From NCBI GenBank assembly GCA_963822445.1, contig CAWGHO010000002.1:1824001-1888000 (forward strand): a DNA stretch of 64,000 bases. The letters are read 5' to 3'. The position numbers and the translations under genes were made by a program. Source of the stretch: an uncultured Acidobacteriota bacterium. Its GTDB lineage: Bacteria > Acidobacteriota > Thermoanaerobaculia > Gp7-AA8. Shown here piece after piece: positions 37,822 to 47,922 of the stretch (positions are counted from its first letter, which is position 1; the number at the start of each line of letters is the position of its first letter). The notes beneath the pieces are model-generated. The model worked only from the letters and a program-made list of their open reading frames with translations. It was not told where the DNA came from and did not search any database.

Positions 37822-38482
37822 CAAGCAGCTCCGCGAATGTAATCAGCCCTTTGCGGCCGCGGATGCGCTCTGCTGCGAAGACCGCGCCGCGTGCGAATCC
37901 CTCGCGGCCGCGGGCGCGGTGGGAGATCTCGACGAGGTCGTCGGCCGAGTCGAAGAAGAGCGTGTGCAGGCCAAATTCGGCGCCGACACGCGAAGCGGCG
38001 ATGGGCGGATCGAGCTTGCCGCCGCTTCCTTCGTTTACTTCGCCGGCGATCTTCAGCGCGGTGCCGCTCGGCGCGTCTCTTTTCTGCGAGTGATGGCGCT
38101 CTTCCATGCCCGCCGCGTATTGCGGAAAGCGCGCGAACAGCTCTCCGGCGCGGCGGGCGAGCGCAAACATCGCGTTCGCGCCGGGCGAGAAGTTCGAGGC
38201 GTATACGCAGCCGATGCCGGCCTTCTCCACGGTCGCGCGAACGTCGTCGACGCGGTCGTTCCAGCCGGTGGTGCCGATCACGTAATCGAGCTTGTTCTCG
38301 CAGGCGATGCCGAGGGCGTGGTCGAGGGCGGAGGCGTGGGAGAAGTCGATCAGCACTTCCGCGCCGGCGATGGGATCGGTTCGATCGACATCGAGGATGC
38401 ATACGACGTCGTGCCCGGCGTCTTTCGCGACGCGCTCGATGGTCTTGCCCATTTTTCCGTAGCCGTGAATGGCGATCTTCAT
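37814..38482 (-). CDS. dapB: 4-hydroxy-tetrahydrodipicolinate reductase
   Basis: GYGKMG, IDFS, GTTGW, NFSPG, ERHHSQKRDAPSGTA, GFARGA; ATG 38482. Confidence 0.95.
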   Translation of the reverse strand: MKIAIHGYGKMGKTIERVAKDAGHDVVCILDVDRTDPIAGAEVLIDFSHASALDHALGIACENKLDYVIGTTGWNDRVDDVRATVEKAGIGCVYASNFSPGANAMFALARRAGELFARFPQYAAGMEERHHSQKRDAPSGTALKIAGEVNEGSGGKLDPPIAASRVGAEFGLHTLFFDSADDLVEISHRARGREGFARGAVFAAERIRGRKGLITFAELLDV

Positions 38483-39846
38483 GCGGCCACCGTGACTTCG
38501 AACAGTGCGTGATGGATGGCTTTGACCGCGCGGTCGGCATTGGCGTCGTCGACGACGATGCTCAGGTTCAGGCCGGAGCGGCCGAGGGAGATCATCTTCA
38601 CGGGCATGCCGTGAAGTGATTCGAGCACGCGCGCGCCGACCCGCGAGTCGGCCATGAGGTTCTGCCCGACGACGGCGATGATGCACTGGTTGTCGATCAG
38701 CTCGACGTCCGCGAGCTGTTCCAGGCGCTGCTTCAATTCGTCGATGTCATGCTTCTCGTCGACGGTCACCGTCACCGAAACCTCCGACGTGGCGATGAGA
38801 TCGACGGAAATGCTCAGCTCTTTGAACACCGCGAAGAACTGGGCGAGGAAGCCGTGCGCGCCGAGCATCTTGTTCGAGGAAACGTGGACCATGGTCACGT
38901 TCTTCTTGCGCGCGATCGACCGCGGTCCTGCCGCTGATTCGGCGCCGGCGCGGGTGATCAGCGTGCCGGGCAGCGTGGGGTTGTGCGTGTTGAGCACGCG
39001 CACGGGGATGTTCTTTTCGACCGCGGGCTCGAGCGTGCGCGGATGCAGCTTCGCGCCGAATTGCGCGAGCTCCGCCGCTTCGTCGAAGGACAGCAGCTCG
39101 ATTACACGCGCTCCGGGAACGACGCGCGGATCGCAGGTGAGCAGTCCGTCGACGTCCGTCCAGATCTGCACTTCGTCCGCGCCGAGCGCTGCGCCGACGA
39201 TGGCCGCGGAGTAGTCGGAACCGTTGCGCCCGAGGGTGGTCGTGGCGCCGGCCATGGTCCGGCCGATGAAGCCGCCCATGACCGGGATGCGATGACGCTC
39301 GATGAGCGGCGTGAGCACGCGCTGCGCCTCGATGGTGGTCTTGTCCATCAGCGGCGATGCACCGCAGAACACGTCGTTCGTCCAGATGACCTCTTCCGAC
39401 TCGACATGCTCGCCCGGCAGCGCGCGCATCATCATCGTGTAGGCGAAGAGCACCGAGGAAAGCTTCTCGCCGATGGACATGACCTTGTCCCGCGCGCGCG
39501 GTGTGATCTCGCCGAGCAATGCGATCCCGCGGAGGATGGTCTGGATCTGATCGATCTGCTTGTCGAGCTTGCGGATGAACGCGTCGAGAAAGTCGGACTT
39601 CTGCTGGACAAGTCGCAAGGCCACGTCTTCGTGCCGCGCGCGGACGGAGTTGATGATCTCCGCGACTTTTTCAGGATTCTGTTCGCACGCCGCTTCGCTG
39701 GCCGCGACGAGATCGTTCGTCACGCCGGAAAGCGCGGAGACGACCACGATCGGATCGCGATCCTTCCGCTCGGCGACGATCTCGATCGCATTCGCCACGC
39801 GGTCGGCGTCCCCGACGGAGGTGCCTCCGAACTTGATGACGATCAC
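38479..39846 (-). CDS. lysC: Aspartate kinase
   Basis: IKFGGTSV, VVSA, TLGRNGSDYSA, WTDVDG, two ACT domains. Confidence 0.96.
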   Translation of the reverse strand: MIVIKFGGTSVGDADRVANAIEIVAERKDRDPIVVVSALSGVTNDLVAASEAACEQNPEKVAEIINSVRARHEDVALRLVQQKSDFLDAFIRKLDKQIDQIQTILRGIALLGEITPRARDKVMSIGEKLSSVLFAYTMMMRALPGEHVESEEVIWTNDVFCGASPLMDKTTIEAQRVLTPLIERHRIPVMGGFIGRTMAGATTTLGRNGSDYSAAIVGAALGADEVQIWTDVDGLLTCDPRVVPGARVIELLSFDEAAELAQFGAKLHPRTLEPAVEKNIPVRVLNTHNPTLPGTLITRAGAESAAGPRSIARKKNVTMVHVSSNKMLGAHGFLAQFFAVFKELSISVDLIATSEVSVTVTVDEKHDIDELKQRLEQLADVELIDNQCIIAVVGQNLMADSRVGARVLESLHGMPVKMISLGRSGLNLSIVVDDANADRAVKAIHHALFEVTVAA

Positions 39847-39868
39847 GGGCGTCGGCCTCCGGCCGCTG

Positions 39869-40000
<132 letters not shown>

Positions 40001-41101
40001 TCAAAGGAGTTCCTTCGCCTTCAGCAACTCCGCGTTCAGGATCGCCGCTCCGGCCGCGCCGCGAACGGTGTTGTGCACCAGCGCGACCATGCGGATGTCG
40101 AGGACGGGGCAGGGGCGGAGGCGGCCGACGGAGACGGCCATGCCGCGTTCGCGATCGCGGTCGAGGCGCGGCTGCGGGCGGTCGGGCGCGTCGATGTAGT
40201 GCAGGGGCTTGCGCGGCGCGAAGGGGAGGCCGAGGCGCTGGGGCTCGCCTTCGAAGGACTCGATGGCCGCGCGGACGTCTTCGATCGACGCGCGGTCGCG
40301 CAGTTTCGCGGAGATGGCCATCAGGTGTCCGTCGATCACCGGCGTGCGATTGACCTGCGCGGAAATGATCATCGGCGCGTCTTCGAACTTGTTGCTGGTC
40401 CACTTGCCGAGGATCTTGCGCGGCTCTTTCTCGATCTTGTCCTCCTCGCCGCCGCCGATGAAGGGGATGACGTTGTCGAGGATCGCGTACGAGGCCACGC
40501 CGGCGTACCCCGCGCCGCTGATGGCTTGCATCGTCGTGACCTGCACTTTTTCGAGGCCGAATGCGCGCTCGAGCGGGGCCAGGGCCATGGCCAGGCCGAT
40601 CACGGAGCAGTTGGGATTGGTGACGATGTAGCCGCGCGAGCCGCGCCGTTTCTTCTGCGCCTCGATCGCGTCCATGTGCTCCGCGTTGATCTCGGGGATC
40701 ATCAGCGGCACGTCATCGTCCATGCGGTGATTGCGCGAGTTGGAGATGACCGCGCAGCCGAGATTCGCGTAGTCGTCTTCCGCTTCGCCGGCGACGGAAG
40801 AGTCGAGGCCGGAGAAAACGACTGTCGATTCGAGCTTCGAGCCGAGCGATTTCACTTCGAGCGCCGAGGCGTCGCTGGGCATGAGCGTTTCGAGACGCCA
40901 GTCCGCCGCGTCGCCGTAGAGCTTTCCCGCGCTCCGTTCCGAGGCGACGACTTCGTGGAGGCGGAACCAGGGGTGGTTTTCGAGGAGCTGGATGAAGCGC
41001 TGGCCGACGGAGCCGGTCGCGCCGAGGACGGCGACGGGGATGCGGTCGGTGGCCGCGGGGGCGGTTTCCCGTTCGAGCGGAAGGGTTTCGGTGACACTCA
41101 T
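40001..41101 (-). CDS. asd: Aspartate-semialdehyde dehydrogenase
   Basis: [38 protein letters not shown]; ATG 41101. Confidence 0.95.
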   Translation of the reverse strand: MSVTETLPLERETAPAATDRIPVAVLGATGSVGQRFIQLLENHPWFRLHEVVASERSAGKLYGDAADWRLETLMPSDASALEVKSLGSKLESTVVFSGLDSSVAGEAEDDYANLGCAVISNSRNHRMDDDVPLMIPEINAEHMDAIEAQKKRRGSRGYIVTNPNCSVIGLAMALAPLERAFGLEKVQVTTMQAISGAGYAGVASYAILDNVIPFIGGGEEDKIEKEPRKILGKWTSNKFEDAPMIISAQVNRTPVIDGHLMAISAKLRDRASIEDVRAAIESFEGEPQRLGLPFAPRKPLHYIDAPDRPQPRLDRDRERGMAVSVGRLRPCPVLDIRMVALVHNTVRGAAGAAILNAELLKAKELL

Positions 41102-41147
41102 GGCTGGGCTCCCTTGCAAAAGTGATTCTATGGGAGCCCGCCGGGCA

Positions 41148-42233
41148 TCAAGGCGAGATCGTGACGAAGCGGCCGACGAGTGAGACCGAGCTCGACGTGT
41201 GCTCGCGGAGATAGGTCACGAGATAGCGATCGCCGATGCGATACACGCGCGGCAGGGAGTCGCGCTCGACCCCGGTGCTGATCGGAAACGGCGCGCCGAA
41301 TTCGCCGTTCTCGATGATCGATCCGTAGATGTCGCCACCCTTCTGCTCGAACACAACCAGCGGTCCGGCGGCGGACGGCGAAACCGCGGCGACCGGATAC
41401 GTCAGCCGGAACGGCTTTCCGGCCACGGCGTCTTCGACTTCCATTGCGCTCAGACCATTCGAGCTCGCCCAGATGATGAGCAAGTCGTTGTCGTCGGCAA
41501 TGACGGCCGGCGCAGGGCCTGAATAGTTCGTTTCGCCGTGCTGTCCCGAGCGGATCCACTGCTCCGTGATCACGGTCCAGTTCAGCCGGTAGAAGGGATC
41601 GGAGCTGCTGCAGCGGAAGAAGCAGACGGGTGGCTCGTCGGCGCGATTGGTCCAGGTCACCCAGCCATGCGCGTCGCCCGTCGCGAACGGCACGCGGCGG
41701 GCCGCGTTGTTGCGGTCGATCTGCGTCGAACCGTCGGGCGCGATGATGTAGCTGGCGTTGTTGTACAGACGGTACACGGCTCCGTCGAACACGAGCGACG
41801 GCGGGCCGTTCGTTGCCGCTCCGAAGAGGCGAATCTCGCTCGACGGCGCTCCCGTCGCGTCGAGGAAAACACCGGCAGCGCGCCGCGCGACGTAGGTGTA
41901 CTGCTGTCTCTCCAGCCAGACCAGCAGGAAGTTCGTGCCGTCGGTGGCAACGACCGGCGTGGTGGCGTGCACGTTGTCGATGCGCGCGGGGATCGTGCGG
42001 ATCTCGCCGACCAGTTGGGCGTTGAAGTCGAGCAGGCCGACGCGGATCGCCGAAAGCCGCGTTTCCGGATCGACCTCGCTCCACGCCAGGAGCAGGCCGT
42101 GATTCGCGACGGTGATGCTGAACGATGGATCGCGCGGCCCGCCTTCGATGGGCCCGTAGGTGAGCTCGTTCTCATCGACGACTTGCGCGCCGAGAGGGAC
42201 GGTCAGCAGCAGAAGAAGAGCGAAGACCCGCAT
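41148..42233 (-). CDS. Secreted beta-rich hypothetical protein
   Basis: Signal peptide [16 protein letters not shown]; repeated P-x-[VI]...[FL]LLVW-type blades. Confidence 0.7.
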   Translation of the reverse strand: MRVFALLLLLTVPLGAQVVDENELTYGPIEGGPRDPSFSITVANHGLLLAWSEVDPETRLSAIRVGLLDFNAQLVGEIRTIPARIDNVHATTPVVATDGTNFLLVWLERQQYTYVARRAAGVFLDATGAPSSEIRLFGAATNGPPSLVFDGAVYRLYNNASYIIAPDGSTQIDRNNAARRVPFATGDAHGWVTWTNRADEPPVCFFRCSSSDPFYRLNWTVITEQWIRSGQHGETNYSGPAPAVIADDNDLLIIWASSNGLSAMEVEDAVAGKPFRLTYPVAAVSPSAAGPLVVFEQKGGDIYGSIIENGEFGAPFPISTGVERDSLPRVYRIGDRYLVTYLREHTSSSVSLVGRFVTISP

Positions 42234-42283
42234 ATCTCTGGTACGGACGCCGCGAGGGAACGTCCAGCCGTATCATCGCGGCG

Positions 42284-43477
42284 ATGCTGACGGTGGAAGA
42301 AGCACAGGCGCGCGTGCTGGCTGAGGTAACGCCGCTGGCAGCCGAGGACATCCTTCTCGTCGACGCTCACGGCCGCGTGTTGCGCGAGGACGTGATCGCG
42401 TCCGAAGACGCGCCCCAGGCCGACAACAGCGCGATGGATGGCTACGCCGTTCGCGCCGACGACACACCGGGTGAGTTGCGGGTCCTCGGCGACATCCCCG
42501 CGGGTCACGTCGCGAACGGAAGCGTCGTCGCAGGAACAGCGATGCGGATCATGACCGGCGCGTTCGTGCCCGACGGCGCGGATGCGGTCGCGCAGGTCGA
42601 GATCACCGACGGCGGGCTCGAAGTCGTCCGCGTGCAGAAGTCGATTGCGCGTGGGACGAACATCCGCCGTCGCGGCGAGGACGTGCGCGCCGGCGCGGTC
42701 GTGATTCCCGCGGGAACGCCGATCGGTGCCGCGGAGATGGCGATGCTCGCCGCGGTGCGAAAGACGACCGTTTCCGCCGGCCGCCGCCCGACCGTGGCGA
42801 TTCTGGCAACCGGCGACGAGCTCCTCGATCCCTCGGATCCGCCCGCGCCGGGAAAGATCGTCAACTCCAACACGTACCTGCTCACGGCGCTGGTCCGCGA
42901 GGCCGGTGCGATCGCGCGTCCCCTCGGAATCGTTCGCGACACGCGCGAGGCGACGATCGCCGCGCTCGAGGAAGCGTCCACATCCGATTTCGTCATTTCC
43001 TCGGGTGGCGTCTCTGTCGGCGCCTACGACTTCGTGAAAGAAGCTCTCGAAGCCCTCGGCGCCGAATCGAAGTTCTGGCGAGTGGCGATGAAGCCTGGCA
43101 AGCCGGTCGTGCTCTCGCGCCTCCGCGATCGCGTCTGTCTCGGACTTCCCGGAAATCCCGTCTCCTGCTTCGTCTCGTTCCATCTCTTCGTCGCACCGGC
43201 TCTGCGCAAAGCGATGGGTGTGCAAGCGGACCTCGTCCCCGTGCCCGTGGCGGCGCGGCTCGAGGCGCCCTTGCGCTCCGTCGGGGACCGGCGCACGTAC
43301 ATCCGCGTTCGGGTCAGCATTCGCGACGGCGAGCTCGTGTCGCGGCCGATGGCCACGCAGGGCTCGGGATCGCTTTCGTCGATCGTCGGCGCGAACGGGC
43401 TGGCAGTCGTGTCCGAGGGGACGACGAGCGTGGACGCGGGCTCGCTGGTTCCGACGCTAATGCTCCGGGTCCCCTGA
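42284..43477 (+). CDS. moeA: Molybdopterin molybdotransferase
   Basis: NSAMDGYA, IMTGA, TGDEL, SGGVSVG, MKPGKP, LPGNPVS. Confidence 0.95.
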   Translation: MLTVEEAQARVLAEVTPLAAEDILLVDAHGRVLREDVIASEDAPQADNSAMDGYAVRADDTPGELRVLGDIPAGHVANGSVVAGTAMRIMTGAFVPDGADAVAQVEITDGGLEVVRVQKSIARGTNIRRRGEDVRAGAVVIPAGTPIGAAEMAMLAAVRKTTVSAGRRPTVAILATGDELLDPSDPPAPGKIVNSNTYLLTALVREAGAIARPLGIVRDTREATIAALEEASTSDFVISSGGVSVGAYDFVKEALEALGAESKFWRVAMKPGKPVVLSRLRDRVCLGLPGNPVSCFVSFHLFVAPALRKAMGVQADLVPVPVAARLEAPLRSVGDRRTYIRVRVSIRDGELVSRPMATQGSGSLSSIVGANGLAVVSEGTTSVDAGSLVPTLMLRVP

Positions 43478-44059
43478 AGCGACGCTGAGCTCCGCGAACA
43501 TCCGCGTGAGACGGCGCGACTCCGTATCGCCCGACTCATACGTCCGCCGCAGCAACTCGACCTGATCCTCGGGCTCCCCCGCGCGCACGGTGAACCCATC
43601 GGGCGGTTGATCGGGCAGTAAGGCCCGGCGCGATTTCCAGACGCCGTCCGAAAAAATCCAGCTGATGAATCCCGCCAATCGCGCACCCGCCGACGCGGCG
43701 GTGAGGGTCTGGTCGCCGATCACGTTCGCGTCGCGCAGGCCGAGGGCGTTCGCTTCCTGGGCGCGGAGGAGCTCTGTTGCCGATTCGGCAATCAGGTCGC
43801 GGAGCGTTTCGGACTCGTCGAGAAAGGCCACGCCGGTATTCGCGTCGACGCGCCGCGCGGTCTCCGCGAGCAGCTCGATCTCCTTCCCGCGCCAGTAGAA
43901 GCGGAGCAGGGCGCGGGCGTCTTCAGGGATCTCTTCATCGGAAGCGATGAGCGCGCCGGTGGCGCTCACGTTGACCAGGCGAACCTGGTAGTCGCCGAAC
44001 CAACCATCGATCGGCTCGTTGAGGTTGAGGCGTTGGAACTGCCGGCGCTCGTCGGTCAC
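43457..44059 (-). CDS. PilZ-domain protein with additional C-terminal domain
   Basis: ERRQFQR (RxxxR) and NVSATG (D/NxSxxG) c-di-GMP motifs. Confidence 0.82.
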   Translation of the reverse strand: MTDERRQFQRLNLNEPIDGWFGDYQVRLVNVSATGALIASDEEIPEDARALLRFYWRGKEIELLAETARRVDANTGVAFLDESETLRDLIAESATELLRAQEANALGLRDANVIGDQTLTAASAGARLAGFISWIFSDGVWKSRRALLPDQPPDGFTVRAGEPEDQVELLRRTYESGDTESRRLTRMFAELSVASGDPEH

Positions 44060-44367
44060 GGTATCGGCTTTACGTCCGTGATCCAGTATGCACGTTCCGT
44101 CACATGCAATTTCGCCTCGACCCGTTTTCCGTCTGCCGGGAGGTCAGCGACCTTCACGCCGCGGACGCTGTAGTCCATCCGCATGGCCGCCATGAATCCC
44201 GGGATGTCTTCGTGATCCATGTTGACGGTGTTGTCCGAAGCGCGGCGGGAGAGGATGACTCCTCGGACGTCGTAGAGTTTCTCGCCCGCCTCGGAGAGCG
44301 GTTTCTCGGGCTCATTCGCGCAGGCAACGAAGAAAGCGAGTGTCAGAAGAAGCGCAAGACGAGCCAT
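44056..44367 (-). CDS. CusF-like copper-binding lipoprotein
   Basis: Lipobox-like FVAC; MDHEDIPGFMAAMRMDY His/Met motif; ATG 44367 is 9 nt after TATAAT. Confidence 0.82.
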   Translation of the reverse strand: MARLALLLTLAFFVACANEPEKPLSEAGEKLYDVRGVILSRRASDNTVNMDHEDIPGFMAAMRMDYSVRGVKVADLPADGKRVEAKLHVTERAYWITDVKPIP

Positions 44368-44426
44368 CGGCCGTCGATTATACGAACCCATCACATATGA
44401 TCCGCGGCTCGGGAGGTAGGTCCGAA

Positions 44427-45242
44427 ATGCTTCCAAACAACACGTTCGAGAACCGCGTCGGCATCATCACCGGCGGAGCCACCGGTATCGGCAACGCCAT
44501 CGCGCGGCAGATCGCGCGGCTCGGCGGGAAGGTCGTCATCGCCAGCCGCAAGGAAGAGAACCTCGCCAAAGCGGTCGAGGAGATGCGCTCCGAGACCGGC
44601 CGCGCCGACGCGGCGAGCTATCACGTGCTCGATGTTCGCGACGCGGACGCCGTCGAGGCGATGGCGGCGAAGGTCGAGGCGGATCACGGAAAGATCGACT
44701 TCCTGGTGAACAACGCCGCGGGCAACTTCATCGTGCAGGCCGATCAGCTTTCGGTGAACGGCTGGAACTCGGTGATCGGCATCGTGCTCAACGGCTCGTT
44801 CTACTGCACGAGCGCGGTCGGCAAGCGGATGATCGCCAAGGGCGGCGGGTCGATGCTGAACGTGATCGCGAACTACGCCTGGACCGGCGGCGCGGGCGTC
44901 ATTCATTCGGCATCCGCGAAAGCCGGCGTGCTGGCGATGACCAGGACGCTCGCCGTGGAGTGGGCGCGTCACAAGATCCGCGTGAACGCGATCGCCCCCG
45001 GTCCGGTCGATACGCCCGGTGCGGCCGAGCGGCTCTTCCCCGATCCGATGATCATGGAGGGAATCCGCAAGACCATTCCGTTGCGTCGATTCGCGAATCT
45101 CGAGGAAGTGGCGAACGCGGCGACGTATCTGCTGTCCGATTACGCGTCGTACGTCACTGGCGAGAACTTCGTGATCGACGGCGGGCAGTGGCTCTCGGGC
45201 TCGGATTACTTCACGCGGTTGAAGCAGATGGTGCCGCGGTAG
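44427..45242 (+). CDS. SDR oxidoreductase, 2,4-dienoyl-CoA reductase-like
   Basis: TGGATGIG, NNAAGNF, HSASAK, IAPGP, IDGGQW; SD GGGAGG. Confidence 0.9.
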   Translation: MLPNNTFENRVGIITGGATGIGNAIARQIARLGGKVVIASRKEENLAKAVEEMRSETGRADAASYHVLDVRDADAVEAMAAKVEADHGKIDFLVNNAAGNFIVQADQLSVNGWNSVIGIVLNGSFYCTSAVGKRMIAKGGGSMLNVIANYAWTGGAGVIHSASAKAGVLAMTRTLAVEWARHKIRVNAIAPGPVDTPGAAERLFPDPMIMEGIRKTIPLRRFANLEEVANAATYLLSDYASYVTGENFVIDGGQWLSGSDYFTRLKQMVPR

Positions 45243-45256
45243 TGATGAGTCGTTAG
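45234..45256. repeat. Left half of a TCGTTAG heptamer element (degenerate)
   Basis: AGTGATGAGTCGTTAG (45241-45256) matches the 2700 left arm segment AGTGATTAGTCGTTAG with 1 mismatch. Confidence 0.6.
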
Positions 45257-45288
45257 GGCAAATCCGTCACACGCTTGGGCCTGGACGC

Positions 45289-45765
45289 ATGGGTATCGAA
45301 GTTGGAAGCGACACCCCGCTCGGTTCGATCATCGTTGGTGTGGGAATGCTTCTGTTCGGATGCGTTGGGTGCTACTTCGCGTGGAAGGGCGGCCTCGCCG
45401 CCAAGGCCACCAGCGGATGGCAAGCGATCGACGCGAAGATTCTCCGGGCCAGAGCCATCGAGAACGCCGACGGAGGTTGGTCGCCGGATGTCGTCTACGA
45501 GTACGTAATCAACGGTAAGCGCTACGAGAGCTCGCAAGTCCGTATTTTTACGGCCAACCCAACGTCACTGAAGGGAGCCCGCGCGGTCGCACATCGATAC
45601 CACGCCACTCAACGGATCAAGGCGTATGTTGATCCATCCGATCATGCGCAGGCTGTCTTGATTCCAGGACCTCAGGCGGGCTTCGCGCTGGTGGCGGCCT
45701 CGGCGTCGGTCGCGCTGGCGGCGGGTGGAACCTACTTCATCTTTCAGGGTGTGCAGGCATGGTAG
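45289..45765 (+). CDS. DUF3592-like membrane protein
   Basis: TM, then W...PDVVYEYVINGKRYES...YVDPSDHAQAVL, then TM; weaker GC3 bias than neighbours. Confidence 0.78.
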   Translation: MGIEVGSDTPLGSIIVGVGMLLFGCVGCYFAWKGGLAAKATSGWQAIDAKILRARAIENADGGWSPDVVYEYVINGKRYESSQVRIFTANPTSLKGARAVAHRYHATQRIKAYVDPSDHAQAVLIPGPQAGFALVAASASVALAAGGTYFIFQGVQAW

Positions 45766-45779
45766 GCACGGAGGCTCGT

Positions 45780-45801
45780 CTAATCACTGACGACTAACGA
45801 C
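45780..45801. repeat. Right half of a TCGTTAG heptamer element
   Basis: CTAATCACTGACGACTAACGAC matches the 2754 right arm segment CTAATCACTAACGACTAACGAC with 1 mismatch. Confidence 0.7.
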
Positions 45802-47101
45802 CACCACTCAAGTAATCCATCGCGACGTGCGCGAGAGCGCGCACACCCACCGGCAAACCACTCTCATCGACATAAAACAGCGGTGAGTGGTTCGACGGCG
45901 CTTCCTCCGGCGTCTGGTTCGGCGGACGCGTTCCCACCCAGAAGAACAGTCCGGGCACGTTCTGCTGGAAGACTGAAAAGTCCTCCGCGCCGAGGACCGG
46001 GTTCACGAGGCGGACGTTCTTCGTGCCGGCCACGTTGCGCAACGTCGGCAATGAGCGTTCGGTGAGCGCCGGATCGTTGTAAGTGATCGGATAGCCGGTG
46101 GTGATGGTCACCTTCGACGTTGCACCCGCGCTTTCGGCGATGTTCTCGACCGTGCGGCGGATGCGCGCGTGGATGTCCTCGCGCATCTTCGCGTCGAGCG
46201 AACGGATGGTTCCGATCATCTCCACTTCGTCGGGAATGATGTTGTTGCGCACGCCGCCGTGAATCGCGCCGACGGTGACGATCGACGGCGCGGTCGTGGA
46301 GTCGAGCTGCCGGCTGGGGATGGTCTGCAGGCCGAGCACGATCTGAGACGCGACGACGATCGGATCGACGCCGAGCCAGGGATACGCGCCGTGGGTCTGC
46401 TTGCCGCGCACCTCGATCTTGAACGAGTCGACCGCGGCCATCATCCCTTCCGGCCGGTAACCGATTTCTCCCGACGCGAAGCGCGAGGTCACGTGCAGGC
46501 CGAAGATCGCGTCGACTTTCGGATTCTCGAGCGCGCCTTCCTTCACCATCAACGCGGCGCCGCCCTCTTCTCCCTGCGGCGGGCCTTCCTCCGCGGGCTG
46601 GAAGATGAACTTCACCGTGCCGGGGATGTCCGCCTTCATCGAAGCGAGGATTTCGGCGACGCCGAGGAGGATGGCTACGTGGGCGTCGTGTCCGCAGGCG
46701 TGCATCACGCCGACTTCCTGGCCGTTGTAGGTCGTCCTCACTTTCGACGCGAAGGGCAGATCGACCTGTTCCGTTACGGGAAGCGCGTCCATGTCCGCGC
46801 GAAGGGCCACGACCTTCCCCGGTTTTCCGCCGCGGAGCACGCCGATCACGCCGGTATGCGCGACCTTCTCCGTCACTTCGATGCCCAGCGAGCGGAGGTG
46901 GTCGGCGACGATCTTGGCGGTGCGGAACTCGCGGTTGCCGAGCTCGGGATGCTGATGAATGTCGCGACGCCAGGCGATCACTTTCGCGTTGACCTTCGCC
47001 GCGGCGTCGTCGATGCGTTTCGCGACCGCGGGGGCGGGCGCGGCGGAAACAGTGGACATCGCAACCTCCAGAACCAGGAGCAGCGCGGCCAGGCGCGTCA
47101 T
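45794..47101 (-). CDS. Exported M20D amidohydrolase
   Basis: HQHPELG, LRADMDALP, MHACGHD, FQPAEEG, GAEDFS, NHSP; signal peptide from ATG 47101. Confidence 0.92.
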   Translation of the reverse strand: MTRLAALLLVLEVAMSTVSAAPAPAVAKRIDDAAAKVNAKVIAWRRDIHQHPELGNREFRTAKIVADHLRSLGIEVTEKVAHTGVIGVLRGGKPGKVVALRADMDALPVTEQVDLPFASKVRTTYNGQEVGVMHACGHDAHVAILLGVAEILASMKADIPGTVKFIFQPAEEGPPQGEEGGAALMVKEGALENPKVDAIFGLHVTSRFASGEIGYRPEGMMAAVDSFKIEVRGKQTHGAYPWLGVDPIVVASQIVLGLQTIPSRQLDSTTAPSIVTVGAIHGGVRNNIIPDEVEMIGTIRSLDAKMREDIHARIRRTVENIAESAGATSKVTITTGYPITYNDPALTERSLPTLRNVAGTKNVRLVNPVLGAEDFSVFQQNVPGLFFWVGTRPPNQTPEEAPSNHSPLFYVDESGLPVGVRALAHVAMDYLSGGR

Positions 47102-47379
47102 TACTTCGTGACCCCGGCGCGCAACGCTTCCGCTTTGCGAATCAGCTCGTCGAACCATTCCACGAAGTTCGCTTCCCCTCTTTCCGCCGCGACCGCGCGC
47201 GTTTTCGAGGACATTTCGATGAACTGCTCGATGAACTGGCGCAACTCGTCGGAATGGCCCATGAGCAGAAGCGTGGAGGCCTGATTCTCGATGGCGCTGT
47301 AGGCCTGCAGGGCCTGGGCGTACTCGTTGCTGAAGTATTCGAAGGAGGCGCGGGGATCGGGATTCGTGGGCTCTGTCAT
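47101..47379 (-). CDS. Hypothetical helical protein (92 aa)
   Basis: Strong GC3 bias; stop overlaps the amidohydrolase ATG (TAATG). Confidence 0.7.
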   Translation of the reverse strand: MTEPTNPDPRASFEYFSNEYAQALQAYSAIENQASTLLLMGHSDELRQFIEQFIEMSSKTRAVAAERGEANFVEWFDELIRKAEALRAGVTK

Positions 47380-47396
47380 GATCGGCGAATAAGTGT

Positions 47397-47912
47397 ATGT
47401 CCTTTCGAATCGGCGTCATCGCGGACACCCATGGCCGGCTGCACGAGCGTGTTGCGGACGTGTTCGCCTGCGTGGATCACATCGTTCACGCCGGTGACAT
47501 CGGCGGCGCGCACATCCTCCGCGCCCTGAGCGAGATCGCCCCGGTCAGCTCCGTCGACGGCAACAACGACGACGCCACTGGCGAGGAGATCGAGCGCGTG
47601 GAAGCGGGCGGGTTGCGCGTCCTGCTGACGCACATCCTTCCGCGGCCCAGCAAGCCGGCGGCGCGAGTCGTCGAGTCGATGCGCAAGCAGCCGGCGGATT
47701 TCGTTGTGTTCGGCCACAGCCACCTGCCGCATCACGAGCGGGTCGGCGACGTCGTCTACTTCAACCCTGCCAGCGCCGGTCCGCGGCGATTCGAGCTGCC
47801 GATCGCTGTCGGAATCATCGAAAAGAAGGGCCGCGAGTGGCGCGCGTTTCATGTCGCGCTCGACGAGCGCTCGGTCGAAGCGTTGAAGAGGCGCATGAAT
47901 CAGATGACATAA
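47397..47912 (+). CDS. YfcE-family metallophosphoesterase
   Basis: ADTHG, HAGD, GNND, GHSH, FNPAS. Confidence 0.9.
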   Translation: MSFRIGVIADTHGRLHERVADVFACVDHIVHAGDIGGAHILRALSEIAPVSSVDGNNDDATGEEIERVEAGGLRVLLTHILPRPSKPAARVVESMRKQPADFVVFGHSHLPHHERVGDVVYFNPASAGPRRFELPIAVGIIEKKGREWRAFHVALDERSVEALKRRMNQMT

Positions 47913-47922
47913 TCATCGCCGG

